A DNA stretch of 64,000 bases from an uncultured Clostridium sp. (GTDB lineage: Bacteria > Bacillota > Clostridia > TANB77 > CAG-508), in assembly GCA_947648215.1 (NCBI GenBank), contig CANSMW010000007.1, positions 7,082-71,081 of the forward strand. The letters are read 5' to 3'. This document shows, piece by piece, positions 9,599 through 20,616 of this stretch. The notes under the pieces are model-generated. The model did not search any database and had not been told where the DNA came from. It worked only from the letters and a program-made list of their open reading frames with translations. The translations under genes were made by a program, and so were the position numbers. Each line of letters begins with the position of its first letter. Position 1 is the stretch's first letter.

Positions 9599-9705
9599 AA
9601 GCCATTTATGTACTAGTACATTTCTAAGATGTCAAAAAAAATTCTTTATCATTCTTATCCTACTTCCTTTTTTCTTAAATCTTATTATCATTACATGTTT
9701 GTATC

Positions 9706-10268
9706 TTATTGACTCATCTGCTCCATTTTGGTTTTGACTTCTTTTAAATCTTTCCAGAACTCAATTTTTTTATTATCATCACGAAGAAGGGCTGCTGGGT
9801 GCCATGTTGGCATATATAAAAGCCCTTTTCGCTCAATCCAATTTCCGTCTTGTGGCAGTAATTCCATATTCGTTTCCTAATATATTTTTTAATGCTACAC
9901 TTCCTAGTAACACAATTATTTTTGGTTTTACTAACATCACTTGATTTCGCAAATAGTTTAAACAAGCCTCTGCTTCGTCTGCTTCTGGGTTTCGGTTATT
10001 CGGTGGTCTACATTTTACTACATTGGCAATATAAACCTCTTCTCGGTTTATGCCAATACCTTCAAATGCCATGTTCATAAGCTTTCCTGCTTTTCCTACA
10101 AAAGGCTCCCCGGAGCCTATCCTCGTCTGCTCCTGGTCCCTCTCCTATAAACATAAGATCTGTTTGTTTCTTTCCTGTTCCAAATACAATGTTGGTTCTA
10201 TTCTTACATAATTTGCACCTTTGACATCCTACAATAGACTTTTCTAATTCTTCCCACGTTTCAAACAT
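9706..10268 (-). pseudogene. Uracil-DNA glycosylase family 4, broken by two frameshifts.
   Basis: Three consecutive frames carry CQRCKLCKNRTNIVFGTGKKQTDLMFIGEGPGADEDR, then GEPFVGKAGKLMNMAFEGIGINREEVYIANVVKCRPP...LLGSVALKNILGNEYGITATR, then GNWIERKGLLYMPTWHPAALLRDDNKKIEFWKDLKEV. These are the family-4 UDG motifs. The shifts lie near 10115 (CCCCGG) and near 9840. Confidence 0.7.
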
Positions 10269-10339
10269 CTTCTTCTCCTACTTTTTGTAATTCATTTATT
10301 TTTTAACCACTTCTTTACTGGTTTGTTTGATAAAATTTC

Positions 10340-11350
10340 TTATTTGAAATATGTTTCTATCATTCCTTTTCCATATTCTGATGTAATTTTTAGGATTGCT
10401 CCTTGTACAATGGCAAGTTGTGGTGGTACATGCCCAATGTCTGCCTCTGTAATGATTGGTAGTTTTAAATCGCCGATGGCATCTAGTATGGCTTGGTCTT
10501 GGGTTAGGTCATAATCTTCTCTCATGATATATGGTCTTCCAAAAATAATTCCATTACAATGTTCAAAATATCCTGCGTGTTTCATTTTCCATAGAATTCT
10601 TTGCAATAATGGAGTATTCATTTCGTACGCTTCTAAAAACCATATGGTTCCGTCTTCTTTATATTTTTCGATATATTCTTTTACTGTATCGAACTTGGTT
10701 CCAATAAGGGTATCTACACAGTCGATACAGCCACCTAAGGCTCTTCCTTCCATTACAATTTTCTCGTGTGTACTAATGTTTTTCCATTTTACTGGAGTGG
10801 TTAGGTTGTAGGTTCCGTCTTCGTTATCCTCTTTTTCCACTTGATATTTTTCAAATGAAGTTTGTCGTATTTCTTCTCCTGCTTCTATGGTTAGGGCATC
10901 CATTAGATTACGGTATAATGGTGTCATTCCATAGTCTTTTACATTTTCACAGTACATGCTTGGGATGTCACATATGGTGTTTAGTAAAAAACTAAGATGC
11001 GTAATATCGGAAAATCCTTGTGTCCATTTTGGTGTACTATTTTTTAGGGCGTCAAAGTCTAACTCATCTAGCATTTCCATTAAAAAGTCTCCTCCACCTG
11101 CATAAATAATGAGTTTTACCTCCTTGTTGTTCCATAATTCCATAAATTCCTTTGCCCTTACTTTGGCTGGTGCACTTCTTCCTTGCTCGTCTTTTCGAAC
11201 ACTTTGGGTTTCAATAACCTTATACCCCATTGTCTTTAGTTTTTTGATTGCTAGTTCTAACTTCTGGATTTTTTCTGGTTCTACGGTTCCACTCGATGGA
11301 GCACAAATTCCAATGGTATCTCCTAATTTTAAATGTTCTGGATAACGCAT
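10340..11350 (-). CDS. LD-carboxypeptidase (peptidase S66 family).
   Basis: N-terminal LKLGDTIGICAPSSG, typical of S66 LD-carboxypeptidases. The 336-aa length fits. Confidence 0.75.
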   Translation of the reverse strand: MRYPEHLKLGDTIGICAPSSGTVEPEKIQKLELAIKKLKTMGYKVIETQSVRKDEQGRSAPAKVRAKEFMELWNNKEVKLIIYAGGGDFLMEMLDELDFDALKNSTPKWTQGFSDITHLSFLLNTICDIPSMYCENVKDYGMTPLYRNLMDALTIEAGEEIRQTSFEKYQVEKEDNEDGTYNLTTPVKWKNISTHEKIVMEGRALGGCIDCVDTLIGTKFDTVKEYIEKYKEDGTIWFLEAYEMNTPLLQRILWKMKHAGYFEHCNGIIFGRPYIMREDYDLTQDQAILDAIGDLKLPIITEADIGHVPPQLAIVQGAILKITSEYGKGMIETYFK

Positions 11351-11362
11351 ACTTTTTCCTCC

Positions 11363-12192
11363 TTATTTTTTCATTCCTAGTATAGCGGTATTTCTTCCCG
11401 CAAATTCTTTATGGGCTCGGTAGGAATGCATATACTCACTATTGCACACCGTACAAATTCCACTATCGATAATATTCTCTTTTAAAAGCCCTATTTCTAT
11501 CATCATATTCTGGTTAATTTTACATGTGTCTATCGTGTATTTTTGTTCCTTCGGATTGGTAGCTGTAATAATTTCTTCTATGTCTTTTAAATAAGAAAAT
11601 TCCTTTTTAAAAAGGTCGGCTACATCTTTGGACACTTCAAAATGGCATTTCCTAATACATGGTCCTATAAAGCAAAGAATGTTTTGGGGTTTACATTGAT
11701 ACTCACTTATCATCTTCTTTACTGCTACTGCACCGAATTTTTCCTAGTGTTCCTTTCCAACCAGAATGAATATTACCGTATTACCTTTTTTATTGGGTCA
11801 TAAAAATAAAGAGGTGTACAATCTGCAAATCCTAGAGAAAAGGTAATATCTTTTTGGTTGGTTATTAATCCATCCACATCGGTTAATTCCTGTGGAAATA
11901 TCGTAAGTTTTTTTGGTTGTTCATCAATTCTTTTTACTATATTAGTATGGGTTTGATATGGTCTTATCATCGTCTCTTTCTTAATTCCCAACGCTTCTGC
12001 CAATTTTTCAAAATTGGCATATAAAATTTCTCTTTTTTCCTCATAAGTATCATTTCCTGCAATATCAAAATCATGTGCCTTTAAGGTATAACAATGTACA
12101 ATTTCCGGATATTCCAGCAATTTTCGAAATTGCAAAAACTCCACTCCATTGTTTCTTACATGTACCATTGTTTCATTTGATAAGTCAACCAT
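11363..12192 (-). pseudogene. pgeF: Peptidoglycan editing factor PgeF (YfiH/DUF152 laccase-domain protein), split by a frameshift near 11713-11773.
   Basis: The two adjacent ORFs (139 + 116 aa) together cover the YfiH family (…FADCTPLYFYD… and C…CTVCNSEYMHSYR). The combined length of about 270 aa fits. Confidence 0.65.
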
Positions 12193-12415
12193 AAATTTTC
12201 CTTACCCTCCTTGTTTGTTACTATTCTATTATGAACCCCAAAAAAAGTCAATCACTTTTACTTGTATTGTTTTTTTGTAAAAGTATATTAACTTTTTACA
12301 TAACATATAATACATTTGTTCTGTTGTTAGAAACCTCACTATGACTTTATGATGACATTCATTAGCATTACTGATTTGTAATGTTAAATATGTCATTATC
12401 GAGGAGGTGAGGCTT

Positions 12416-12496
12416 ATGGAGTTGTGTGTTGGAATTGCGCTTGTGGTTCTTTCTATTGGTATTACAGTATCTTTAATTGGACTTGTTCGGTTATAG
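12416..12496 (+). CDS. 26-aa hydrophobic peptide (MELCVGIALVVLSIGITVSLIGLVRL), a candidate type-I-toxin-like or membrane micropeptide.
   Basis: Strong GAGGAGGTGA ribosome-binding site 5 nt upstream of the ATG. A single predicted TM helix. Followed 70 nt later by a rho-independent terminator at 12565..12597. Confidence 0.45.
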   Translation: MELCVGIALVVLSIGITVSLIGLVRL

Positions 12497-12564
12497 TATT
12501 TGTATACATAGAAAAAGAATTGAAGTACGACCAGCAAAATCAGACTTCAATTCTAACAACCACG

Positions 12565-12597
12565 AGAAAGGGGCCTAAGCCTTTTTCTCTTTTTTTA
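12565..12597 (+). terminator. Rho-independent terminator downstream of the micropeptide ORF.
   Basis: GAGAAAGGGGC-CTAA-GCCTTTTTCTC stem (11 bp with two G·U pairs) followed by TTTTTTT. Confidence 0.6.
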
Positions 12598-12717
12598 TCT
12601 ACTTATATTATAATTAATTCTTCCTATATTGTCAATATGTTTATTCGTTTTTTCAATTAATTTATTAAAAATATTTACTTAAATTTTATTCTTTTACGTT
12701 AATTCATGGTTTAAAAA

Positions 12718-12747
12718 TTGACATAATGTGTGTTATGGTGATATAAT
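12718..12747 (+). promoter_or_regulatory. Near-consensus sigma-A promoter: TTGACA, 18-nt spacer, extended -10 TGaTATAAT.
   Basis: TTGACA at 12718-12723 and TATAAT at 12742-12747 preceded by TGA. It points toward the ORF at 12845. Confidence 0.6.
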
Positions 12748-12776
12748 ATACTTATTAAGAACTTTTGTTGCTCTTC

Positions 12777-12820
12777 AATCACAAAAATTGGAGAGTAATG
12801 CCTCCGGTTTTTGTGTGATT
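12777..12820 (+). promoter_or_regulatory. 5'-leader stem-loop (possible attenuator or structured leader) between the promoter and the ribosome-binding site.
   Basis: AATCACAAAAA...TTTTTGTGTGATT inverted repeat enclosing the inner hairpin GGAG-AGTAATGC-CTCC followed by GGTTTTT. Confidence 0.4.
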
Positions 12821-12844
12821 TTCAAACAAAAATAAGGAGGATGT

Positions 12845-13255
12845 ATGATGACAACATCAAAAAGTTTTGGCAAAGTAGTTGCTATTGGTAAGGCTTTAGG
12901 GGATACGGCTTGGGCTGTAACAAGACCTCTTAGCCGGCTGGTTTTTGATTTTCAGTGGCGAAAATGTGATAATGCCTACTGTAAATTCATGAACCATAAC
13001 AAGATGAGTTTGGAGCTGTGCGAATGTGTAAGTGACATCGGAGGTATTCCGATTTTCGCTTATGACAGCCAGACCTACCACCTTGAGGATTTCGCTATTC
13101 CGGCAGGCTATGTTTTGCTTAAAATTACTAACTGTTTTCGCGAAACAACATATGCCTTTGCTAAGGTGTCTTGTAAGAGGCAGCTTTTTCCTCGGCACAC
13201 TGTACTGTGCTACTTTGTGGACGAAGAAGAATGGGCTGATGAATGTGGTGAATAA
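12845..13255 (+). CDS. Hypothetical Cys-rich 136-aa protein encoded in a GC-rich (about 45 %) islet.
   Basis: AAGGAGG ribosome-binding site 4-7 nt upstream. Local GC content is clearly higher than the flanks, which are about 30 %. It has its own promoter and terminator. The antisense ORF 12896..13258 lacks a ribosome-binding site and is taken as an artefact. Confidence 0.5.
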   Translation: MMTTSKSFGKVVAIGKALGDTAWAVTRPLSRLVFDFQWRKCDNAYCKFMNHNKMSLELCECVSDIGGIPIFAYDSQTYHLEDFAIPAGYVLLKITNCFRETTYAFAKVSCKRQLFPRHTVLCYFVDEEEWADECGE

Positions 13256-13274
13256 CATTTATCCTGTCCTAGGA

Positions 13275-13313
13275 AAAGCGAAAAACGTGGCTAACACGTT
13301 TTTCGCTTTTTTA
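13275..13313. terminator. Bidirectional rho-independent terminator between the convergent islet ORF and addB.
   Basis: AAAAGCGAAAAACGTG-GCTAA-CACGTTTTTCGCTTTTTT perfect hairpin flanked by A and T runs on both sides. Confidence 0.65.
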
Positions 13314-13316
13314 TTC

Positions 13317-16300
13317 TTACTTTTCCTCAATCTCCTCTAAAATCTGCTCTTTTGGTTTGTTTTGGATGTAGTAGTAGGAGTTGCAGTTTGGGTCGAAGTT
13401 GCAGATGGATTTGTATTCGCAGTAGTCGCATGGGGTTTTCTTTTTCTTTTGGTTGTAGTATGGTTTTATTTCGATTTGCCCTGAGTAGATTTCTTTTGCG
13501 ATTTCTTTTATAACTTTGTCTATGTGTTTTTGTAGGGTTTTGAATTGTTCTTTGGTAATAACACTTGACCTTGCTTCACTAATGTTTTGGTGTTGGTCTA
13601 GGTATACGGGTATTAGGTTTGATGCTCCTTTTTCTAGGGTTTTATCCATTTTTCTTATTACATTGACATCGGCTAAAATGAGTCCTTGCATTTTGAATTG
13701 TTTTTTTATTTCTTGTTCGATTTCTTCGTCTGTTTTGTTACGGTCAGCTTTTAGGATTGGATCGATTAGGTTAAAGTATAACACTCCTGCTGGAATGAGG
13801 TTTTCTTGCTTACTGGTTATGGCATCTAAATAGGTTAAAAGCTGAATTTGTAAGCCTGCTACTACTTCGTTTAAGTCGATGTTTTTTACAGAAGATTTGT
13901 AGTCGATAATTCGTATATAATCCCCTTCGTTTCCTTTTGCAAAATCAATTCGGTCTATTTTACCTGTAATTTCGACTCGTTTGCCGTCTTCTAAGGTTAT
14001 TTCCATTGGTGGATATTCTTTGTTCGTTTTAAATTCTACTTCATTTCCCATAATTTCAAAATCACTATGAACAAGGCTTTCAATAATGTAATTCATTGCT
14101 TGCAAGATTAACTTTTCTAGTCGTTTGGTTAGTATTTGGTATTTCTTGGTTGCTCCTAATATGTAGTTTCGGTTTTGTGTTAGTTTTTCACGAATGATAT
14201 TTTTTATGATTTCCTCTATTTCTTCTTTTGTCATTTCTTTTAGTTTTAAATTCCTTCCGAAGAACCTGTGAGAAAAATTCATCAATTACCTCATGCATGA
14301 AATTTCCTGTATCGATGCTTTTTACTTCAAATAGATTATTTTCTTTTAACTCCAATCCATATTTTAAATAAAACGAGAATGCACATCTTTTGTATTGCTC
14401 TAACCTAGAAATACTGGTTTTTAAGGTATTCCCATATAGTTCTTGTATATTTTCTTTTGAAATATGGCAGGGTTTATTTTGGTACTGAATTGCTTTTGTT
14501 GCCTCTTCTAACCTTTTACCATATTCCTTGTCCTTACGATAAAACGAATATAACAAAAACCATATCTCATCAATCTCTTTTCCATCTTCAAAATCACGAA
14601 TATTGGTTAATAATTCGTAAAAAGTCGCCTCTTTGGTCGTAATTTCGCTATTTTTCTGTATCATATCACTTTTCTTTACTAGCTTTGGATACATTCTTTT
14701 TACTTTTGCTATTAGCATGGAGGGTCTTAGCGTTTTTCCTTCATTATCCGAAGATACATAGGAAAGAAATAGCTTTTCTTCTGGTATGGTAAAGGCTTTG
14801 TAAATATTAAAATTTTCTTCATATAATTGTTCTTTGGTATCTTTTGCAAGCTCCATTCCTTGCCCTTTTAAATATTCCCTATCTTGGTCATTTAAAAACC
14901 CCTCTTCTTTATGGTTTGTAGGAAAAACGCCATCGTTCATACCAATTAGAAATACTGCCTTTACTTTATGGGTTCTACTTCGTTCTACATCTGCAATCAT
15001 GACTTGGTCAATGGTTGCAGGAATAGTTCCAAGCCCACTACTTACAAGTCCCATTTTTAGTAATTTGGTATATTCCTCAAAAGATAGGTTGTCATCTGGT
15101 AGTACCATACTTAGCTCGTCCATCACTTCCATGACAATATCCCAAGAAGTTTCATAAATATTACTTAATTCAATTCGCCCATTTTTTCGTAAATCGTCTG
15201 CCTTTTCCTGCAATTTTTCGTATATTTCATTTTGTAATAAAAATTCGTATAAGGCTTTGGATAAATCTTTTGCTGTTTTGGTTTTTGTTAATTTACTTTT
15301 AAATTCCAATAATGGTGTAATTACTTTTTGCCTCATTTGATTTAACTTTTGTAATTCTTCCTCACTTTTTGCCATTTTCCATTCCTGTTTATACCATTTG
15401 TTTCCCTTTATTCCATAAGAAATGCAATAGTTTTCTAGTTCAAATAGTTCTTCTTTGGTAAATGGTGAAAATCCTGTTTTTAGATAATGAAATACGCTTT
15501 CATAAGACCAGTTCTTTGCAAAAATATCTACCACGGAAAGGAGATATTTTACTAAGATATTATCGCTAAAGTCCTTTTTTTGGTCTGCAAAAACGGGAAT
15601 ATGAAACCTTGTAAAAATAGCGGTAATTAAACTTGCATATTGTTCCATGTTTTTGGTAATAACAGAAATATCTCGAAAGCGATAGTTTTCTTCCTTTACC
15701 AGATGAATGATTGTTTTTGCCACTTGTTCAATTTCTGAGAATGGATTTTGCGCAAGAAATAGTTCGATATTTGAGGTTTCCTTTTCGTATTTTTCGTTTT
15801 TTTGTCCACTCATATTTTTTTCTAATAGGCATAATTCCTCATTTCGAAATCGATAAAGTTCGTTTCTTGGCTCTGGCACACAAATTTCTACTTGTTCTTG
15901 TTTTGCTATTTTTATTAGCTTACTTGCGGTTTGTTTATTGGTATAGAAAATATCGTTTAAATCGTTTGCCTCTTCTAGGGTATCGGTACAGATGGTAATG
16001 TTTACTTCTTTTGCTTTTCGTAATAACTTACGAATAATTTCGTATTCTTGCTTGGTAAAGCCAGAAAATTCATCAATATAAATAATGGTATCTTGAAACA
16101 TGTTACTTTCTTCTAATTTATTCCCTAAAATGGTTAGTACATCATCTTCATCCATATAGGCATTTTTTATGGTTTCTTCATATGCCTCATATAAAACCGA
16201 AATGTCTTCTAGTTTGGCTTTTAAATATGGATTTTGGGTTTGATTTTTTATATTTTGTAACATAGGATTGGTTACCATGTGTTTTTTTAATTCTTTTATT

Positions 16301-16660
16301 TGGTCTATTACCAATTCTACATTTTCTTCAGACCTACTAAGAAAGGTTAAATTCTTTTTTTGTTTTTGTAATAAATGAGAAATAAGCATTGCTTTTCCCG
16401 ATTTCGAAAGTTCGTTTTTCGCAAGCCCCCCGCTCTTCTTTTAAAATACGATGTGCCATACGAGCAAATGTTAATACTTCTGCTTGAATTACCGCATTTT
16501 GCTCTAACACATCCAGTAATTTTCTTTCTTGCATATAAGAAAATTGTTCTGGTGTAATCATATAAATTTTACTTAGCTGGTTTAATTTTTCCTTCATTTC
16601 ACGAAAACAAAATTCACTCTTTCCACTTCCCGATTTCCCATAAATTAATCGTAATCCCAT
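13317..16660 (-). pseudogene. addB: ATP-dependent helicase/nuclease subunit B (AddB/RexB), split into three ORFs by two frameshifts.
   Basis: N-terminus MGLRLIYGKSGSGKSE (Walker A) with an AAGGAG ribosome-binding site at 16660. Middle ORF 14188..16389. The C-terminal nuclease has the Fe-S motif CDYCEYKSICNFDPNC. Breaks lie near 16425 (CCCCCC run) and near 14280 (AAAAA). No addA follows downstream. Confidence 0.75.
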
Positions 16661-16676
16661 TCGTTTATCTCCTTTC

Positions 16677-18820
16677 TTAAAAGGCACCGCCTCCGCCTCC
16701 ACGGCCTCCACCACCGGAGAAACCACCTCCGCCGGAAAATCCTCCGCCAGAGCCACCGGAGAAACCGCCGTCTGAGCTACCCCCATAGCTTTTCCATACT
16801 TTTCCTATGGATTTATAATAATTTCTTAGGAAAATGTAGTCTAGGCTTGTGTAATGGTAGAACATGTAGTAATCAGTTATTAAAAAGTCATTAAAATCTC
16901 TATCTTCGATTAAGCCTAGTAAATCGTCATCTGATGGCATATCTTTCAATTTTTTTGAAATCTTTTTTGCGGTTCCGAAGGAAATCGCATAGGCTAGGTA
17001 TTGTTCCCACAAAAAGACTTCTTCTACATTACGTTCGTTCATTAATGTATTTTCTAAACGCTCTGCCATTTGGTTAATTTTGCTAAAATCTTCTATCATG
17101 CTAGGAGAGTTTTTTAGCATTAAATTATCAGTAAATACGATGATAAATGCTACTCCTAATAGAATTTCATCTGCAATAAGATAGCTGTTTGGAAAAAAGA
17201 AATTGGTTGCAAATACAATTGCCAAATCTAATACTACAATGGCAATCGTGGTGGAAACAATCTTTTTTCCTGAAAACTGTTTGGTTACTTTATTAATTCC
17301 GTGCCTTATAATGGATAAGATTTTTAGTGGTATGTAAAGAAGTGTCATAATCATTGGGAAAAAGATGAGTGCCATATAGAATATGTTTCCTAATCCAAAA
17401 CCTATTCCTTCTTTGGTGTAAATATTTAGCCCATTAAATTGAATATGGATTAAAATTAGTACAATACAAATACCAAGTAATAAGGTATTAAAAATTCGTA
17501 GCCCTTGTGGCATTTGCTGATTGGCTCCATAAGATTGCAAGGTTTTCCCAGCCATTTCGTTTAAGGTTCTAAATTTTATGTTTGCCTCTTTTTCTTTTGG
17601 CATTTCTTTCAAACGTTCTACTAAATTTCGTCTACTTGCACTTCCAAAAAACCAGTTGTATACATACCTTTCTATTTCGTCCATATCTTGACCGTGTTTC
17701 TACGTTTTTCTTTAATTCATAAATATAACCGTCTTTCCCTACCACGGTAGGTGTTACTTCTAACTCTACCACTTTTTTGGAAATCAAATTCATTAATACG
17801 GCAATGATATCTCTTGCCAGAATGGTCCTACTTTCCCTGATACACCCTGCTAAGAGAGGATTATATTTTTTCATTAATTCTTCATCTTCCACTTGCGTTA
17901 CGGGATATTTTTTGTCTTTTTCAAAAAGAAGAATTAGAATAATCCAGTAGATTAGTAAAATACCAGCAAATACAAAAATTTTCTTTGTAAAGTCTTGCTT
18001 TTTTTCTATGTTATGATAAATATTTTCTTCATCTTGCATAACAAGATTTATGGCATTAATGCCCGAGGCTTTTCCCCCTTTTGTTATATTGTCATTGTGA
18101 AACAATACTCTTGCTGCTACATATTGCCCGAGGTTTTACATTAGTTACCGATAAATTTACTTGATTTTTAGAAACAATTTTACAAGTGCCATTGTATGGA
18201 CCATGGGCAAATATTTTTAAATCCTCACTGGTTTGATTGTTTGGTAAATGAATATCAATATTTAGGTTTTGAATGGTAGTTTGCCATTCTCCTCCAATAA
18301 AATTGTAATACAATTCTCCTATATCATTATGTTTTACACAAAGGTTTTTTAGGATAAATTCAATTTGAAAAGTCTTTTTGGTATTGTGTGCTGGCGAATA
18401 CACCTTTAGGCGTTTGATACCATTGGTCGTTTCAATGGTATATACGCCTCTTCTTCCATTACTACTGCTTGATACTTTTGTGTATTCTTGTTTGGTATCT
18501 CCTTTTATTTCGGAAACATCAGTAATCGTGACACCACTTGCATTATATAGGCTATCTTTTAGGGCTGTGGTTTGTTTTCGAAATTTATCGTATTCTTCGG
18601 TATTTAAGGTGTCTGGAATATCAATGTAAATTCCGTTATACTCACCATTAAAATCATAAGTTATTTCTTGGTGGACTGCTAACGAACCATCTTCTAAAAT
18701 CGTGGCTTGTATGTCCATATGGGTAATATGGTAACTTTTAGCTTGTACCTGGTTACAAGCCAACATTCCAATTAGCATGATGAATATGACCATTATGACT
18801 TTTACTATTTTCTTTTTCAT
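16677..18820 (-). pseudogene. DUF2207-family membrane protein, split into three ORFs by two frameshifts.
   Basis: N-terminal signal peptide plus a DUF2207-like ectodomain (18092..18820). TM-rich middle and a characteristic Gly-rich C-terminal tail GGGFSGGGGFSGGGGRGGGGG (16677..17684). Confidence 0.6.
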
Positions 18821-18919
18821 TTTCTCTTTCCCCTATATAATTACTTATTCACTAATTTACCTTTTGTTAAGTAAAATTAACTATTATAAAAGTCGATAAT
18901 TTTGTATCGACTTTTAATC

Positions 18920-20605
18920 CTAATTCATATAATCTCTTAATTTCTTGCTTCTGCTTGGGTGTCTTAATTTTCTTAGAGCTTTTGCTTCAATTTGTCTTAT
19001 TCTTTCACGAGTAACTTCAAATTCTCTTCCTACTTCTTCTAAGGTTCTTGCTTTTCCATCTTCTAAACCAAAACGCAAACGTAATACTTTTGCTTCTCTT
19101 GGGGTTAGAGTATTCATGACTTCTTCTAGTTGTTCTTTTAATAAGGTGTATGATGCTGCATCGTGTGGTGCTGGGCTGTCGTCGTCTTGAATAAAGTCTC
19201 CTAGGTGGCTATCGTCTTCTTCTCCAATTGGTGTTTCTAAGGATACTGGATCTTGTGCTATTTTTTGAATTTCCATTACTTTATCAACTGGCATTTCTAA
19301 TTCTTCGGCAATTTCTTCTGGACTTGGTTCACGTCCTAGTTTTTGTAATAGGTGTCTTGAGGTACGAATTAGTTTGTTAATGGTTTCTACCATGTGTACC
19401 GGAATACGTATGGTTCTTGCTTGGTCTGCAATGGCTCTTGTAATAGCTTGACGAATCCACCATGTTGCATAGGTACTAAATTTGAAACCTTTTTTGTAGT
19501 CGAATTTATCCACTGCTTTAATTAACCCCATATTTCCTTCTTGGATTAGGTCTAAAAATAGCATTCCTCTTCCTACGTATTTTTTGGCAATACTAACCAC
19601 TAATCTTAGGTTTGATTCGGCTAATCTTTGTTTTGCTTCTTCATCTCCTTCTAATACTTTTTCGGCAATTTCTAATTCTTCTTCATAGGTTAGTAGAGGA
19701 ATTCTTCCAATTTCACGTAAGTACATTCGAACAGGGTCATCTGTGCTTACTCCATCTAAAGTAATGGTATTAATATCTTCTATTTTGATATCTTCTACTT
19801 CTTCTAAGTCTTCTAAATCTGGTTCTTCATCATCTAAGTCTTCTTTTAAGTCTACATTTAATTCTTCAAACGCATCAAATACCTTTTCGATTTGTTCAAC
19901 ATTCGCATCATCTAGTTCAGAGGCAATTTCCCCATAAGTAATCTTTCCTTGTTTTTTTGCTTTTTCTAGGATTGTTTTTACTTTTTCATCCTCACTAATT
20001 TCTTTTACTTCTTTTGAAGTTTCTAAAACTGGCTCTTCGCTTATTTCTACATCGTTTTTGCTTTCTTGTAAGGTGTCTTTTTGGGTTTTCTTTGTAGTGT
20101 TGCTAGCTTTTGCGTTATTATCTTCTTTTTCTATTTCCTTTGGTTCAACATTTTTTGGCTTTTCTTGTTTGTCTGTTTTATTTTTTTCTTCTATCTTTTT
20201 TGGTTTTGCTGATTTTTTCTTTTCTACTACATCTTGTTTACTATTCGTTTCTTGTTTTTGCATTGCAAGCGTTTGCTCATTATTTTCGTTCACTTTTTCA
20301 TTTTCTACTTTTTTTGCTACTCTTATTTCTTCTTTTGGTGCTTTTGTTGTTTCTTTTTTCGTTACTACATTTTTTGCCATTTCTTGGTTTTTGGTTTGTT
20401 CCTTTTCCTTCTTGTTTGCTACTGCATTCTTTGCCGTCTTTTCGTTTTTTGCTTGTTCTTTTTGCTTTTTACTTGCTTTTTCTATTCCATTTGTGTCTGC
20501 TACTTTTTTTTCTTGTTTTTGCACTTTTGCTACCTTTGCTACTTTTTTTGTTTCTTCCATTTCTTTCTTTTGGGTTTGTTCTTTTTTACTTTTTTTCTCA
20601 GCCAT
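18920..20605 (-). CDS. rpoD: Primary RNA polymerase sigma factor RpoD/SigA with an unusually long (about 190-aa) Lys/Glu-rich N-terminal extension.
   Basis: Regions 2-4 are conserved (…[53 protein letters not shown]… and a C-terminal HTH). Located downstream of dnaG. Confidence 0.9.
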   Translation of the reverse strand: MAEKKSKKEQTQKKEMEETKKVAKVAKVQKQEKKVADTNGIEKASKKQKEQAKNEKTAKNAVANKKEKEQTKNQEMAKNVVTKKETTKAPKEEIRVAKKVENEKVNENNEQTLAMQKQETNSKQDVVEKKKSAKPKKIEEKNKTDKQEKPKNVEPKEIEKEDNNAKASNTTKKTQKDTLQESKNDVEISEEPVLETSKEVKEISEDEKVKTILEKAKKQGKITYGEIASELDDANVEQIEKVFDAFEELNVDLKEDLDDEEPDLEDLEEVEDIKIEDINTITLDGVSTDDPVRMYLREIGRIPLLTYEEELEIAEKVLEGDEEAKQRLAESNLRLVVSIAKKYVGRGMLFLDLIQEGNMGLIKAVDKFDYKKGFKFSTYATWWIRQAITRAIADQARTIRIPVHMVETINKLIRTSRHLLQKLGREPSPEEIAEELEMPVDKVMEIQKIAQDPVSLETPIGEEDDSHLGDFIQDDDSPAPHDAASYTLLKEQLEEVMNTLTPREAKVLRLRFGLEDGKARTLEEVGREFEVTRERIRQIEAKALRKLRHPSRSKKLRDYMN

Positions 20606-20616
20606 TTACTTTCCTC

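Noticed and set aside
7585-9636. Possible stop-codon reassignment (TAG or TGA read as sense), given the in-frame TAG in the nitroreductase gene and the TGA before the HD protein.
   Set aside because: Highly conserved genes (tuf, fusA, topA, clpE, tgt, rpoD) are intact under the standard code. TAA, TAG and TGA all terminate well-aligned proteins (for example clpE ends at TAG). Trp is encoded by TGG throughout. Isolated nonsense codons or errors are more parsimonious.
12896-13258. 120-aa minus-strand ORF antisense to the GC-rich islet ORF.
   Set aside because: It has no ribosome-binding site or promoter. The plus-strand ORF has a consensus promoter and an AAGGAGG ribosome-binding site with proper spacing. 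It was kept only as an alternative if the plus ORF proves untranslated.
16337-16786. 149-aa ORF starting MGVAQTAVSPVALAEDF… as the addB N-terminus.
   Set aside because: The first 42 codons are the reverse-frame read-through of the Gly-rich DUF2207 tail. The real addB start is the ribosome-binding-site-preceded ATG at 16660 (MGLRLIYGKSGSGKS).
16677-16790. The Gly-rich GGGFSGG tract was considered as a separate low-complexity or PE/PGRS-like gene.
   Set aside because: It is the characteristic C-terminal tail of DUF2207-family proteins and is contiguous, after frameshift correction, with the upstream DUF2207 segments.
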